From NCBI GenBank assembly GCA_004431415.1, contig QPMI01000056.1, positions 485,517 to 549,516 of the forward strand: 64,000 nucleotides of DNA, written 5' to 3'. Below are positions 36,635 to 49,142 of the stretch, in pieces. Positions within the stretch are counted from its first letter, which is position 1; each line of letters opens with the position of its first letter. Position numbers and translations under genes: made by a program. The notes beneath the pieces are model-generated. The model was not told where the DNA came from and ran no database searches. It saw nothing but the letters and a program-made list of their open reading frames with translations. This DNA comes from Cyanophora paradoxa CCMP329. Lineage: Eukaryota > Plantae > Glaucophyta.

Positions 36635-38381
36635 ATCATGACACCAGCGGACCGCGCCCGGCCCTGTGCAAGTGCGGCAAGTGCGGGCCGCGCGCGGAGG
36701 TGCAAGGGGGGGTACTGGTACACATTGCAGGGTACTTGGTGGGGAGTGGTGCGGGGGGCGCAGGGGAGGGGGGCGGAGGGGGCAGCTAGAGAGGCAAGGC
36801 GGGCGGCCGGGCGAGGCGGGCGGGGTGGCGAGGCGGGTAGGTGGGGTGGCGACGCGGGCGGCGGCACCAGGCGGGCGGGCAGCTGCAGGCGAGGGCGGCG
36901 GCGGGCGGGAAAGCGGGATCCGGAGGAGAGAAAGGGGGCACCAGGCCCTGCACGTAGCCTGTGCATGCGCAGAACCGAGGCGTCAGTTCGCCCCGGACAG
37001 CGGCCGTGCGGGGGCGAGGCCCAGCGGGGGCGGCCGGGCCAGGTGCGCAGCAGCAGCGGCGGAGCGAACCTGGAGTCGACGAAGCTGAGGCAGCCGGCAG
37101 GGCGGCGGGCGGGGAATTCGAAGCGGGCGGAGCGGCAGATGGCGCTGGGCCCTGCACGTAGCCTGCGCATGCGCAGAACCGAGGCGTCAGTTCGCCCCGG
37201 ACAGCGGCCGTGCGGGGGCGGGGCCCAGCGGGGGCGGCCGGGTCAGATGCGAAGCAGCAGCGGCGGGGCGAACCTGGAGTCGACGAAGCTGAAGCAGCCG
37301 GCGGGGCGGCGGGCGAGGAAGCAGGCGGAGCGGCAGGTGGCACCGGGCCCTGCGCGTCGCCTGTGTGCGCGGGGCCGAGGCGTCAGCTCGCCCCGGACAG
37401 CGGCGGCGCCGGCGCGGGGCCCAGGGAGGTCGGCCGGGTGATGCGCACGGAAGCAGCGGCGCCGGCGGGGCGAACCTGGAGTCGTCGAAGCTGAAGCAGC
37501 GGGCGGGGCGACGGGCAGGCCTAGGGAGCAGCTGCTGAAGCAGCGGGCGCGCGGAGCAGCTGGGAGCAGCGGGCAGGGAAGCAGCCCGGCGCGGCGTACT
37601 AGGAGCAGCTGGGAATACTGCGACGCCGCCAACCTCCGCTACCGTAGTACAGCTAGTACGGCGTGCCGGCCGCGGCCGCGGGTCAAGCTTCAGCCACGCA
37701 TATACATCCAGTGCGGCCGCGGGCCGAGGCGTGCGAGTGGTGATCCGCCCCGTACTTGCGCTTGAAGGGCTTGACATCGCCGAGCTGAAGTCCGCCTGAA
37801 CCGGAGTCCGTCACATGTACACCGAGAGCTAGAGGGTGCACGTGGGCGAAACGCCGCGGCCCGGGTGCGCACCGGAACGCTGCGTAGCGGGCGCCTTCTT
37901 TCTGCACTCTAGCGTGGCTCCGCGACCTCGACCACCTCTAGATCTATAGCTAGATCTACGCTGCTGGAGGTGCTACGTATACGTACGTGTACCCAGCAAT
38001 CGCCACAAACTCTCAGGAGCGTTTTTTTGGGCGCCCGGTACAACAGGTACTTGAGGCGGCCTCAGGGCCTAGCGTGCCGCGCGCCGCTTCTCGAGCCCGG
38101 GCATGTATGGCAAAAGTTGTAGAGCGCATCGAGAGCAATCAGGAGCACGTGGTCTGGCGCATATAGCGATAGCAGGTGGGGCGCGACCTCGACATGTTTG
38201 CTCAGCCCCGCCCTTGCATTTTTTTCCGCCGCTCGCAGCGGCGACGATGCGATTACACCTATACGAGAGCGCATGCAAAGAATCTCATCTTACAAAAATT
38301 GCTAACACAGAAAGTACGCCGCACCAACTCACCAGGGGAGCAAGGGAGGGGGTACCCCCCCTTGCAATCATGACACCAGCG
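36635..38381. mobile_element. ~1.7-kb insertion bounded by a 15-bp direct repeat, with a terminal GC hairpin and internal tandem repeats
   Basis: atcatgacaccagcg at 36635-36649 and 38367-38381; hairpin gcaagggaggggg-ta-cccccccttgc at 38340-38365. Confidence 0.62.
36940..37510. repeat. ~200-bp tandem repeat x ~3
   Basis: ggccctgc..gaggcgtcag.tcgccccggacagcggc...gcgaacctggagtcg.cgaagctga occurs three times. Confidence 0.88.
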
Positions 38382-38414
38382 CTAGCTAGCTAATTATAAA
38401 TTTAAAGCGTGTAT

Positions 38415-40067
38415 CTATAGGGGCCGATATCGGTCGCTCGCACCAGCCTGCACCTGGGCGGCGGTACCGGTGCCCGAGGCCGATCGCGAGGGCCTTTCGA
38501 GCTCAAGCCACGAGTCGATGAGGCGCCGCGCGATGGCGTAGGGCCCGGGAACCTGCGCCCCGCGGCCGCGCGCCCCGCCCGTCATGATCATGCATATGAG
38601 CAGGCACGCGCGCAGGAATGCAGGCGCGCGAATGAGGGCCGGCCAGGGGGTACGCACGGCGAAGTTGGGGATGTCGGGCCCCGCGGGGCGCGGGGAGGGG
38701 GCGGGGGCCTTGGGATCGGCGATGCGGGCGGCGAGCCAGGCGCGTGGGAACCAGCGCGCGTCCTCCAGCTCGTCCTGGTCCACCGTGATCGCGGGGAGCT
38801 CCCCGGACGCCGGCACTGCGCGCGGGGGCACCCAGCGAATGAGCGCCCCAGCGGCTCACCGAGTCACTCATTCAGCTGTCACGGGTCCGGTGTACGCACG
38901 CGGGAGGGGCGCAGAGAAGGCGAGCATGAGGGAGGCCGGGAACGGCCTCAGGCATGGAGTCAGGCACTTTGAGGGGCACGTTTATCGTCGCAGCGATGCG
39001 CGGCGCTCGTACCACGGCTGGGACGAGTGGTAGGCGACGGCGGAGGGGGGCACGAGGACGCCGGCCTCCTCCTCGGTCTCGCGGGAGACGGCCTCCTCCA
39101 GGCTCTCACCGGGCTCGCAGAAGCCCGCCAGGCACGAGTAGCGCCCGGCGGGCCACACCGCCTTCCGCCCGAGCAGCGCGAACTCGCCGCAGGTCACCAG
39201 CTGCCCGCCCGCGCGCGGCGGTGAGGGCGGACGACCACGTCAGAGGGGACCGGGGGAAAGGGAGGCGGGGGGGGGGGGGGGGGGGGGGAAGGTGAGGGTG
39301 TGTGGGGGAGAGGGGGGGTATGGCACCATGATGACGGCGGGGTCGCTGCGGGGGTAGCTCTTGTGGGCGGCGTCGCGGGTGCAGGTGCGGACGAAGCCGG
39401 CGTCCTCGAGGGCGGCAGGGGCACCGCAGGCGGCGCAGAAGGGGCTGGCGCGGTGCCAGGCCGCCATGCCCCGCGCGTAGGCGAGGAGGCCGGCGTCCGA
39501 CGCTGACATGAGGGGGCCCAGCCGCAGCAGGTCCGCCCAGGCGGGGCCGTACCCCGCCCCGCCCGCCTCCTCCGTCCAGTCCGCCGAGCGCGCCTTGGCG
39601 AACTCGAAGGGGGCCTCCTCGTCCCTCGCGCCCTCGCGCTTCAGATTTACGCTGAAGACGGCGCCCTCGCCCCCGCGCCCCACGCCGAGCAGCGTTGGTA
39701 CCGTCTGCCCCCCCCCCACCCCGCCGCGTCGGGCTCGGGCCGCGCCGGGCGAGACTGCGCGCGCGGGGACGGTCGCCGCACATTCGGGTCGGCGAGGGCT
39801 TTCTCGATGAGCGCGCCTCCGTCTGCGTCGTCCCGCCCGAAGAGCACCGCCCGCGCGCCGCTCGCCTCGACCCGCAGCAGCACCAGCAGGTCCCACAGAG
39901 GCACGAAGCGCGTCGTCTTCGCCGCCAGGAGCTCCTTGATCTTCTCCGGCTTGGTGCGCAGCGCGTTCGCCCGGTCCAGGCCCGCGCTCCCGCTGCGACT
40001 CGTGTGAGCCGCTACGAGCCGCGCACGCCGGGGAACCAAACCTGTAGAAGTTCGCTTTTTGCGTCAT
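38415..40067 (-). CDS. NADH pyrophosphatase / NudC-type Nudix hydrolase
   Basis: WHRASPFCAACG...C...YPRSDPAVIM; Nudix box LAGFCEPGESLEEAVSRETEEEAG; SQPW|PFPASLM signature; ELEDARWF; VPGPYAIARRLI. An N-terminal targeting extension upstream of 40067 is possible. Confidence 0.93.
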
Positions 40068-40365
40068 AGCCGCTGAGGCCAGACGGCCGCTCGCGCCGAG
40101 AGGCACGGGCCGCACGCAGAACGACGAGGACTTGCGCGCCCCAACGAGCGCTTGTGCGCGCAGGCCTGCTAGCTGCGTGGTGAGACGCCGTGCTGGGCCG
40201 CGTATTGATGGACCCCTCTGACGTACACGTACCCTGGTCGAAGAAGAGACGAATTTAACCGAGCCCTCTAGCAGTAGCTAGCTGTCCCCATCCAGGCGTG
40301 GCCGTTCAACGTGAATCAGGTTAGGATAGCGATCTGACCAAGGGCAGCGGAGCCCAGCCGTCGCG

Positions 40366-42480
40366 ATGCCGGGTTTGCCTGCCCGCCTTCCGCATCTTCC
40401 CTCTGCCTCACGTAGAGGCGCGGCAGGCTGGAAGGTCGAGGATGTGTCGGTGGACCTCGCATTCGCGTCCGTGCTGACCAGGAATCTGTACACCGATGAC
40501 GAACAAGAACAGAAGCGCGCGCTCGATCGCATAAGAAAGCTCTCCCGGGAAGGTTCGTTCGGGCTCGCTGATGAGTTGTTTTAGGCTTCTTCGACTGGAG
40601 GGCTGGCGCGAGGCGGCCGCATTGAGGCGTTATTGTTAGCTGGCCGGCTTCTATAAGTCCTTCGATCAGCATAGCTCTTCCATCGATCGGTGGCTTGATA
40701 ACATGTTCCTTTGCAGGAAAGAAAGACGAGCTCGGCAAAGCGGGATGCATTCGCTGGCTTGTTGAGGCCTTGTCCAACGAGGCCCTCACGGAGCGGATGC
40801 TGGAGAAGGTCACGGCGACGCTCGCATCCCTTGCAGTTCATCGTACGCTCTCGTCCCGCTCGTTCGCCCGCCCGATCTCACGCGCCCGGGCGGCAGCGGA
40901 GAACAAAGACCGCGTGAGGGAGCTTGGAGGCATACCTCATTTGGTATGGATGCTGTCTCGCGAGAATGTCAGCCTGCAGATGTACGCGGCAACCTGCCTC
41001 TACAACCTCGTCTGCAACGACAGTGCGCCCGAGTCCGCGCAACGTTTGGTTTTTTCTGAACACGGGGTCGCGCAGGCGAGAACAAGGAGAAGGCGCGGGA
41101 CCAGTCGGCGATACCGGCCGCCGTGGACCTTCTCGCCATTGACAACAAGGTCCGCACGCCTGAAATGCGTTCCCGCCGAGAGCCGACGCTGGGATCAATT
41201 CTGCAGCCGCTGCTGGAGATCGCCTCATCGCTCATCTTCACGCTCTCGTTTGACGATGACGGGAAGAAGGAGATCATCGAGACGGAGCGGGCGCTGACGA
41301 GCCTGGTGATGCTGATGAACTCGGATAATGCGGCGTGCGCGGTGAACGCGACTGGCGTCTTCTGGAACATCGCCTCGCACAGCGACACCGACCTGCACGA
41401 GCTCATGCGCCAGGAGGGACTTCTCATTGAGGTCCCGCCCCGCCCCGCCCCCCCCGCCGCCCCGCCCCGCCACCTGCCGCCGACGCCCCTGTGCAGGTGG
41501 TCCGGAAGGTCGCGTCGGGCGGCTGCAGCGACATCGTCCTGAAGAACCTCACCGGCGCCCTCTGGAACTTCGCCGCCATCGGTGCGCCCGCGCGTCGCCC
41601 CGCCTCCCCCCGTCTTCCCCCGGCCGCCGACCGCCGGGCCAGAGGAGAACCGGGCGTCGCTGCTGGAGTGCGGGGCGGTGCCGGCGCTCATCTCCGTGGC
41701 GCGGGACGGGACCCTCGGGGAGCTCCCGCGCAAGAACGCGACGGGCGCCCTCTGGAACCTCGCCCAGTTCGGCCCCGCGAAGAAGGTCGTCCGGGAGGCC
41801 CGGGGCGTCCCCGCGCTGGTCGCCCTGCTAGGGGCGGCGGAGCCGGCGCTGCAGCGAGTCGCCTCGTGCGCGCTCTGGAGCCTCGCGGTGGACGACGGGG
41901 AGAGCAAGGACGCCATCCGCGAGGCCGGCGCCATCCCCAAGCTCGTCGCCCTGCTCGCCTCGGCGGACGACGAGGTGCCGGAGAAGGCGGCCGGCGCCCT
42001 CCTCTCGCTCTCCGTCAAGGACGAGAACAAGCGGGCTGTGCGGGAGGCCGGGGGCGTGGAGGCGCTGGGGCGGGTGCTGGCGTCGGCCCCCAACCCCAAG
42101 GTCAAGGAGACGGCCCTCGTCGCCCTCTCCAACCTCGCCATCGACCGTGCGCCCCGCCCCGCCGCGCCGCGCCGCGGGCCCCTGCCCTCGCCTCGCCTCA
42201 CGCGGGGCCGGCGGCAGCGGAGAACAAGCAGGCTGTGCAGGCGGCGGCCGGCCCCGTGCTGGGCGACCTCGCGGAGCAGACCAAGCACGCCGAGCTCGCC
42301 AAGCGCGCCCGCGCCCTATCCGACCTCCTCCGCGCCCCCTCCCGTGCCCCCGCCCCGCCCCCGCCCCGCCCCGCCCCCCGGCCCCTGACCCCTCGCGCAG
42401 GCGCCGTGGGCCCCAAGTCGAGCACGGAGATGGCCCAGAGCGCCGAGGCCCCCGCCCGCAAGGACGAGTCTCAGGCGTGA
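40366..42480 (+). CDS. Armadillo-repeat protein (probably the N-terminal part of an ARM-WD40 gene)
   Basis: Repeated ENK...GGIP.LV.LL...AAGALWNL units (ENKDRVRELGGIPHLV, ENRASLLECGAVPALI, ESKDAIREAGAIPKLV, ENKRAVREAGGVEAL). Confidence 0.88.
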
Positions 42481-42769
42481 CCCTTCCCCCCGCGCCCTCT
42501 TCCCCGCCCGCCACCTGCCGCACCGCCCCGACCCGCCGCCGCCCCCCCGCCGCCACCCCCTTGTACCCTGTAGTTTGGGGTGTGTCCGTGTCATTAGCAG
42601 CAGGGTTTGTGTACTAATGACACACCCTTGCGCGACACGGACACACCCTGTAGCGCCACACGGACCGAAGCCCCCGCCAGAGCCCCTAGGCCCACGACCG
42701 CGCCTAGCCCCGCGCCGCCTCTCTAGCGCGAGGCGGCGCCGGCTGACGGGGGAGGGCGCCGGGGGGCAG

Positions 42770-44118
42770 GTCGCGCCGGCGAAGAGCGCGCCGCCGCTGG
42801 CGGTGCGCAGCGTGGGGGGCCTCAAGGTGGAGGCGGCGGCCGGCGGGGAGGCGTCGGCGCGCCCGCTCTCCCCGCTGCCGCGGCGGGAGGCGCCGGCGGA
42901 CTGGGGCCTCGCGGAGCTGCACATCACGGACAACCTGATCGAGCACGAGGGCGCCGTGCGGACGATGCACTCCTCCGGCGACTGGTGCCGCCTTCGACTT
43001 GGCGTTGGCGTTGCGAGCGGAGCGCGGCGCTCTGACGCGCGCGCTCGGGCAGGCTCTTCTCGGGGAGCGACGACGGGACCGTCAAGTCTTGGAACCTGCA
43101 GACGAGCGAGTGCGTGGCGTCGCTGGCGGGGCACAAGAACTGGGTCTGCTCGCTGGCGGCCGACGAGGCGGACTACCGCCTCTACTCGGGCTCCTACGAC
43201 TCGACCATCCGCGTCTGGGACCTCAAGAGCCTCGAGTGCCTCGAGACCGTCTCCGGCCACGACAAGCGCGCCCCGCCGCGCCCCGCCGCCCCGCCCCCCT
43301 CGCTCGCCCCCGGCTGACGCGAGGGCCCCGCAGGCCCGTCCTGAGCCTCGCCCTCGCCGGCGAGCGCCTCCTCCTCTCCGGCTCCGCCGACAAGACCCTC
43401 AAGGCGCGCCCGCCCCGAGCAGCGGCGGCCCCATCGGCCCAGGGGAGCCCTGACGGGCGCCGGCCGCAGGTGTGGAACTTCGGGACGAACGACTGCACGA
43501 CGCTGAACGACCACAAGGAGGCGGTGACGACGGTGAAGGTGTGGGAGAAGCAGTTCATCACGGGCTCCCGCGACTGCCACATCCGCATCTTCGACCTGGA
43601 GACGCTGCGGGTGGTGACCGAGGCGAAGGCGCACCAGGAGTGGGTCCACTACCTCCTCCTCGTCGGCGACCGCCTCTTCTCGGGCTCAGACGACAACACG
43701 ATCAAGGCCCGCGCCCCGCGAGCGCCCTCCCCGGGCCTCCCCGCCGTGCGCTGAGGGGTCCGCGCGCGGTGCGCAGGTGTGGGACCCGAAGGGCGACCTC
43801 AAGAAGCCGATCCAGACGCTGAAGGGGCACAAGAACGGGGTGCGGTCGCTGGCGACGGGCGGCGGGGCGCTCTTCTCGGGCTCGGTGGACGACACGATCG
43901 CCCAGTGGGACCTCTCGAGCCTCCAGCTGCTGCGGACGCTGCGGCTGCCGTCCACCCTCAAGCCCAAGAACGAGGACCGGCCCGAGTTCTCGCAGCAGCA
44001 GGCCGTCCTCTCCCTCGCCGTCTCAGGCCCCCGCCTCCTCTCCGGTCTCTACGACTCAACAATTAAAATATGGACGGACGCCCCCGCCGCCCCGGACTCC
44101 CGCCCCACCCCCGCTTGA
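42770..44118 (+). CDS. WD40 seven-bladed propeller (TRAF7/MHCK-like WD repeats)
   Basis: LFSGSDDGTVKSWNL, GHKNWVCSL..LYSGSYDSTIRVWDL, LLSGSADKTLKVWN, FITGSRDCHIRIFD, LFSGSDDNTIKVWD, GHKNGVRSL..GSVDDTIAQWD, GLYDSTIKIW. Confidence 0.9.
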
Positions 44119-44501
44119 GCAAGCCCCCGCGCCCCCGTCCCTCGCCCCCGTCCTCCCGCCCTCTCCCCCGCCCCCGCCCTCTCTCCCGCGCGCTTTTCAA
44201 ACCCCCACCACCCCTCATCCTGCCGCCGTGCTTGCCTCCCCGTTCCGCGCCGCGTGGTCTGTAACCCTGAAGCGCCGCTTCCGCTCCGCTAGATCGCCTG
44301 CCCTCTCGCTGTAGGTCTAGCTTAGGATGTACGAATGATGTCCCTATAGAAATAACTAAGGTTTCTACGCGCTCGGAGCTCGGGGGCGCGGGGGCTCCAG
44401 AGCAGGCGGTCAGGAGCCCTGCGTGCGGGGGAATCAGGCGAGGGCGGGCGGGGTCTTGTCGAGGCTGGCACGGCCTAGCAGCGTGTGCGCACGGCGGCGG
44501 G

Positions 44502-46830
44502 TCACTTGACCTTGGAGTCGAGGGCGGCGCGGGCTGCCTCGATGGCGCGCATGCGCTCCAGCAGCACCGGGTGGCTGTAGTTGTACGCGCTGTACCTGCC
44601 GCCCCCCCGCTCGAGGAGCGCCGGCACGGCGCACGCGCTGAAACGTCCGGGGCGAACCAGGGGTCCGGGTCGAGGTTGCTCGCGTTCTCGAGATGGATCT
44701 TGATGAGCGCTGCGCGGCGCCGGCCGTCGTCGGGGGCGCGCGGGGGCGCGCGGGCCGCGGGTTGCGCGCACCGCGGTCGAGGTGGCCGAAGCCCTGCTTG
44801 ACGGCGAACTCGTCGGCCTGCGGGGAGGAGAGGGCGATGCCGCCTCAGCGCCGCCGGTACAGGAGGGGGGCGGGGGGGCCCCTGGAGCGCGGGGCCCTGC
44901 CTGGTACTCGAAGCGGCGGGTGAGGGCGTTCTGGAGGTACTGGAGCAGCGGGTTGACGAACTTGATGACCTCCATGAACACGATCATCCCGAGCACCACG
45001 GGGCCCCTGCGAGGCGACGCTGAGGGCGGGAGGGGGGAGGGGGAGAGGGGGAGAGGCGAGCACGGGTGGAAGCCGAAGGAGCGGTAGACGTCGGGGGCGC
45101 GCAGGACGAAGCCCATGGTGTAGAAGAGCAGGAAGGTGTTCGCGAGGGAGGTCACCATCCCCTTGAGCGTGTGCGAGAGGGCCCAGTGCCCCAGCTCGTG
45201 CGCCACGATCGCCACGATCGCCTCCGTGTCCTCCTTGTACTGCTCCAGCAGCGTGTCGTACAGCGCCTGCGCTTGCGCGTGTGAGGAGGGAGGGGGAGGG
45301 GGAGGGGGAGGGGGGGGGGGGGGGGGGGTTGGAAGCCGCACGATGAACTTGTTCCCCCAGAAGCCTGGCGGCGCTCTCGTCAGAAAGAGGTCGATGTGTG
45401 TGGAGAGGGGGGGGGGGTACAAGGCACCGTAGAGGTACGCGTTGGAGTGTGCAGAGCGTGTCGACCTGGGGCGAGCGCGAGGGCGCTGGAGGAGGCGGGG
45501 GCGCTGGAGGTGCCGGGGGCGGGGGTACCCGTCGACGACGTAGATCTTCTTGAGGGGGTACTCGAGGCGCGCGGCGAGGGCCTCGATGGAGGAGCGGAGG
45601 GGCCCCTCCTCCAGCGGCGTGTACTTGTTGACTGCCGCCGCCTCAGGGCGCGAGGCGCGGGGCCGGGGACACGCGGCGCACAGAGCGGCGCGATGAAGAT
45701 GGGGTACACGTAGATCATGACGACCTGCGGGATGCGTTGGAAAATGAGGGGAGGGGAAAGGACGCGGGGTACTGGCCATCACGGCGGCGACGAAGGCCCA
45801 GCAGTAGATGAAGAAGAGGGGTCCGCCCCAGTGGATGATCCTGCTCAATACAGTCGGGGGGAGGCGGCGGGATGGGGGGTAGAGGCGCGGGGGCGAGGCG
45901 AGGGCGCAGGGGGGCACCAGATGAGGGCGGCCACGACGGGGAGGCCGATGAGAGCCGAGAGCATCCCCTTCTTCAGCGTGTCCGTGAGGAAGCGCTGCGC
46001 CACGGCGTTGGCGAGGACGGGACGAAGGCGCAGAAGGGAGGCGATCGGGCCGGCGCATACTTGCGCATCACGTACCCAGGGGGTCGTCTTGTTGAAGCCA
46101 TGGCGCTGCTCGATGACCTGGGCGGGAGGAATTGAGGATCAGCCTTTTGAGGGGGCTGAGCGATCGAGCTCGGTTACGAAGGTGAAGTACAGGCTCCAGG
46201 GGAGCCCGATGAAGAACTCCATCACCGCCGTCACCTGCCGCGCGTCGGCGGCCGGCGGGGGCGGCTGCCGGCGTGGCCAGCGTGTTTGTCCCTACCGTCA
46301 CGAATACTAGCGAGCGTGGGATCTCGAGCTCGGGGTTTAGGCGGCACTTATGCAGGATTGTGCCGGAGAGATCCCACAGCCGCGGCGGCACGAAGCTGAA
46401 CGGGAAGGCCCCGTGAGCGCGGCGCGCAGGCGGGAGACGCGCGCTGGCGCACCAGAGCGTGAAAGTCAGCGCAAAAGCAAGGTTGTACAGCGTCGACCAG
46501 AGCCCAAACGTGGATTTGTCGAGCGTATAGGCCCTGCTCTTCGCGTGCTGCTCGGCGTTGACATGCTCGGCAAGCTCGACGGGAATTCTCGATCTCTGAA
46601 GGCGGCTGCGGTTTCGCACGTCCAGGTACACGTCCTGCGGCACTCTCAGTTCGAGCGCTGGGAAGCTAGATAGGATGGACGAGGCGCGTACCCACAAAAC
46701 GAGTACGAGGGTGGTCGCCAACGTGATCTCAAGCCACGGAACGCCGCTGTAGGGGAAAGGGCCTGTCGGACAGGGTGAGCACGATGCGCACGCGATTGAG
46801 CGCGGAAGACGCACGCAGCGGCAGATCCAT
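44502..46830 (-). CDS. STE24: CAAX prenyl protease 1 (peptidase M48A, STE24/ZMPSTE24-like)
   Basis: KSRAYTLDK, PWSLYFTFV|IEQRHGFNKTT, YPIFIAPL|.NKYTPL, YPLKKIYVVDG|STRSAHSNAY, AHELGHW, RRFEYQ|ADEFA, YSHPVLLERM. Confidence 0.95.
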
Positions 46831-46969
46831 CACTGCTGCTGCAGCAGTGCGTGCCGGGTACAACTTACTTGGCAACTTCGTCGATCGTTTCTAGCGCCTC
46901 GTGCGACCGTTTCCTAGTGATTCGTGAACCAGCAGAAGCTCCGCCCACCCGTCTTCCTCTCGGGCGAGG

Positions 46970-48741
46970 ATGGGGCTGCTGGGCCGACTCTACAGCTGGC
47001 TGCGGCCCAGCCTGGGAGGCTCCGATTCACAGGCCGAGACGTACGAGACTTACGAAGCCGATCTTAGCGACGCCCTCGACCCGGACGGCGAATCCGAGAG
47101 CCCAGGACCGTCCAGTCCTCGGGAGCACCCCCAGCCGGCGTCCGACCCTCCTCCCATTCCCGCCGGGGCAGTTCCATCTGAAGCTATTCACGCCGGGCCT
47201 GCTCCCATGATGGGCGTCCGCTCGTCGCCCGCAGCTCTGGTGCGCTGCGCGCTCTCCGCCGGTGCTCGCTTTTTTTTCTGGAATTCTGTCTGACGTGCCT
47301 TTTCTGTTGTTTCGGAAGGTCATGAAGGCCGTGGCAATGAAGCGTATGAGCTGGCGCCCGGTCCGGATCGCCCGGCCTCTCGGGAAGCCGGCCGTGCCTA
47401 GCCAGCCTGCTCCGCCCGTCGGCGCGCCTTCTTTCCTTTTTATCTAGACTCTTCTGCCTTTTGACGTGCCTCGCAGCGCCTGCGAAGCGGCCTGCGGAGT
47501 CGGGCGACGCGAGGCGATCGAAGAGAATCCGGCGCACTCGGCCTGAAGGAAAAGAGAACCGGAAGAGGAGGAGAAGTAGCAACCCCAACCTGGAAAAGCC
47601 CGCACCGGAGGCCCCGTGCAAGCAGCGCGCCTCCGCGCACGAGCGTCACACGGGCAAGCGCCAGCGCACGGCCCCGCCCTCCCTCCTCCGCAAGGTTCGT
47701 TTCGCCTGCTCTTCGCGTCTCGGACGTGCAGGCGCTGAAGACGCGCCGCAGCGGAAGAACGCGGAGCTCGACCTCCTGAGCGGCCTCTTGAGCAAGCGGG
47801 CGCGGATCGTGTCGGAGGAGGAGAGCGCGGCGAGCACGCGCGGCTCGCGGCGCAGGTGCGGCGCTGCTGGCTTGCGGGGGCGGCCGGGGCCGAGGGCGAG
47901 GCGGGGCGGGGCGCGCAGCGGGGAGGACCTCGCGTCGGCGAGCTCGGCGTCGGAGAGCACAGCGGAGAGCAGCTCGAGCTCCTCCGCGGGGCCCCGCGTG
48001 CGCCCGCGCGCCCCACGTGCGCCCCGCGCCCGCCCGGAGCTGAGCCCGGGCGGCGCGCAGGGCGCGCAGGCGGCGGTGGAGGAGCGGCGGCGGCGGCAGG
48101 CGGAGGAGGAGGCAGAGTGGGAGCGGCGGCGGCAGGAGATCGAGCGTCAGAACGAAGAGGCGCGGCGGGCCAAGGCGCGCAGGAAAGCTCAGGAGGCCGA
48201 GGTCCAGCTCCGCACCCGCCAGCAAGCCCGCATCGCCGAGCTCAAGCGCCAGGAGGAGGAGGGGGTGCGCGCGCCGGCCCCGCGCCCGCCGCGCGAGCCC
48301 CGCGCCGCCGACGGGCGGGGCGGCGGCAGGCGGCGACGGCGGAGCGGAAGCAGCGGCTGCTCTCGCTCGCCTCGCGCAAGGCGGCGCTGCGCGCCCGCGG
48401 CCGCGGCTTCTGGGAGCTCCTCGTGCGCCCCGCCCCGCCCCCCGGCCCCCTCCCCTCCCCCCGCCGAGGGCGGCGCGCAGGTGGAGTTCGGGGCGGCGGC
48501 GCAGGTGGCGGCGGGGGCGGCGGCGGGGGCGGGGCCGGAGGAGGGGGCGGTGCGGCGGGCGTACCGCAAGGCGCTGGCGCTGTACCACCCGGATAAGTTC
48601 GCGACGGAGAGCCTCGAGCGGCAGGCCGACGCCGAGGAGGTCTACAAGCTCCTCCAGAACTCGTTCGAGGCCTGGCAGGAGGGCTCCCTCCCCGCCCTCC
48701 TCCGGCCCCCGGCCGCCCCGCACGCCCCTCGCCCCTGGTGA
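46970..48741 (+). CDS. Coiled-coil protein with C-terminal J-domain
   Basis: AVRRAYRKALALYHPDKF...AEEVYKLLQNSFE; E/R-rich coiled coil upstream. Confidence 0.8.
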
Positions 48742-49142
48742 CCCCCCGCCTCCCCATTCCTTTCCCCGTGTACAGCCCCCGTAGGAGCTTGAGCATAATT
48801 ATGGAGCGCGCCCCTCGCCTGTGCTCGCCCCGGGACCCGCCCTCGCGTGCGTCCGGAGCCTCCTCGGGAGGCGCTGTTCGTTGAGGGTTGAGAGCAGCGT
48901 TGTGTGAGAGGGGGGCGGGGCGGCGCGGGGGGCGGCGCGGGCAGGAGAGAGGGCGGCGGGGGGAGGGCCGGTCGGAGGGCTGCCCGGAGTGTCGAGGCTC
49001 CGGGGAGGAGAGCCAGGAAGGCGGCGGGGAAGGGCGGCGCGGAACGGCGGCGGCGAGAGGGGCGGAGGCGGTGTCGGGAGGGTGCGGGGAGCGGGGAGGA
49101 AAGGGGAGGGTGGGGAGGCGGGCGGGCGGGGGCGGGTGGCGG

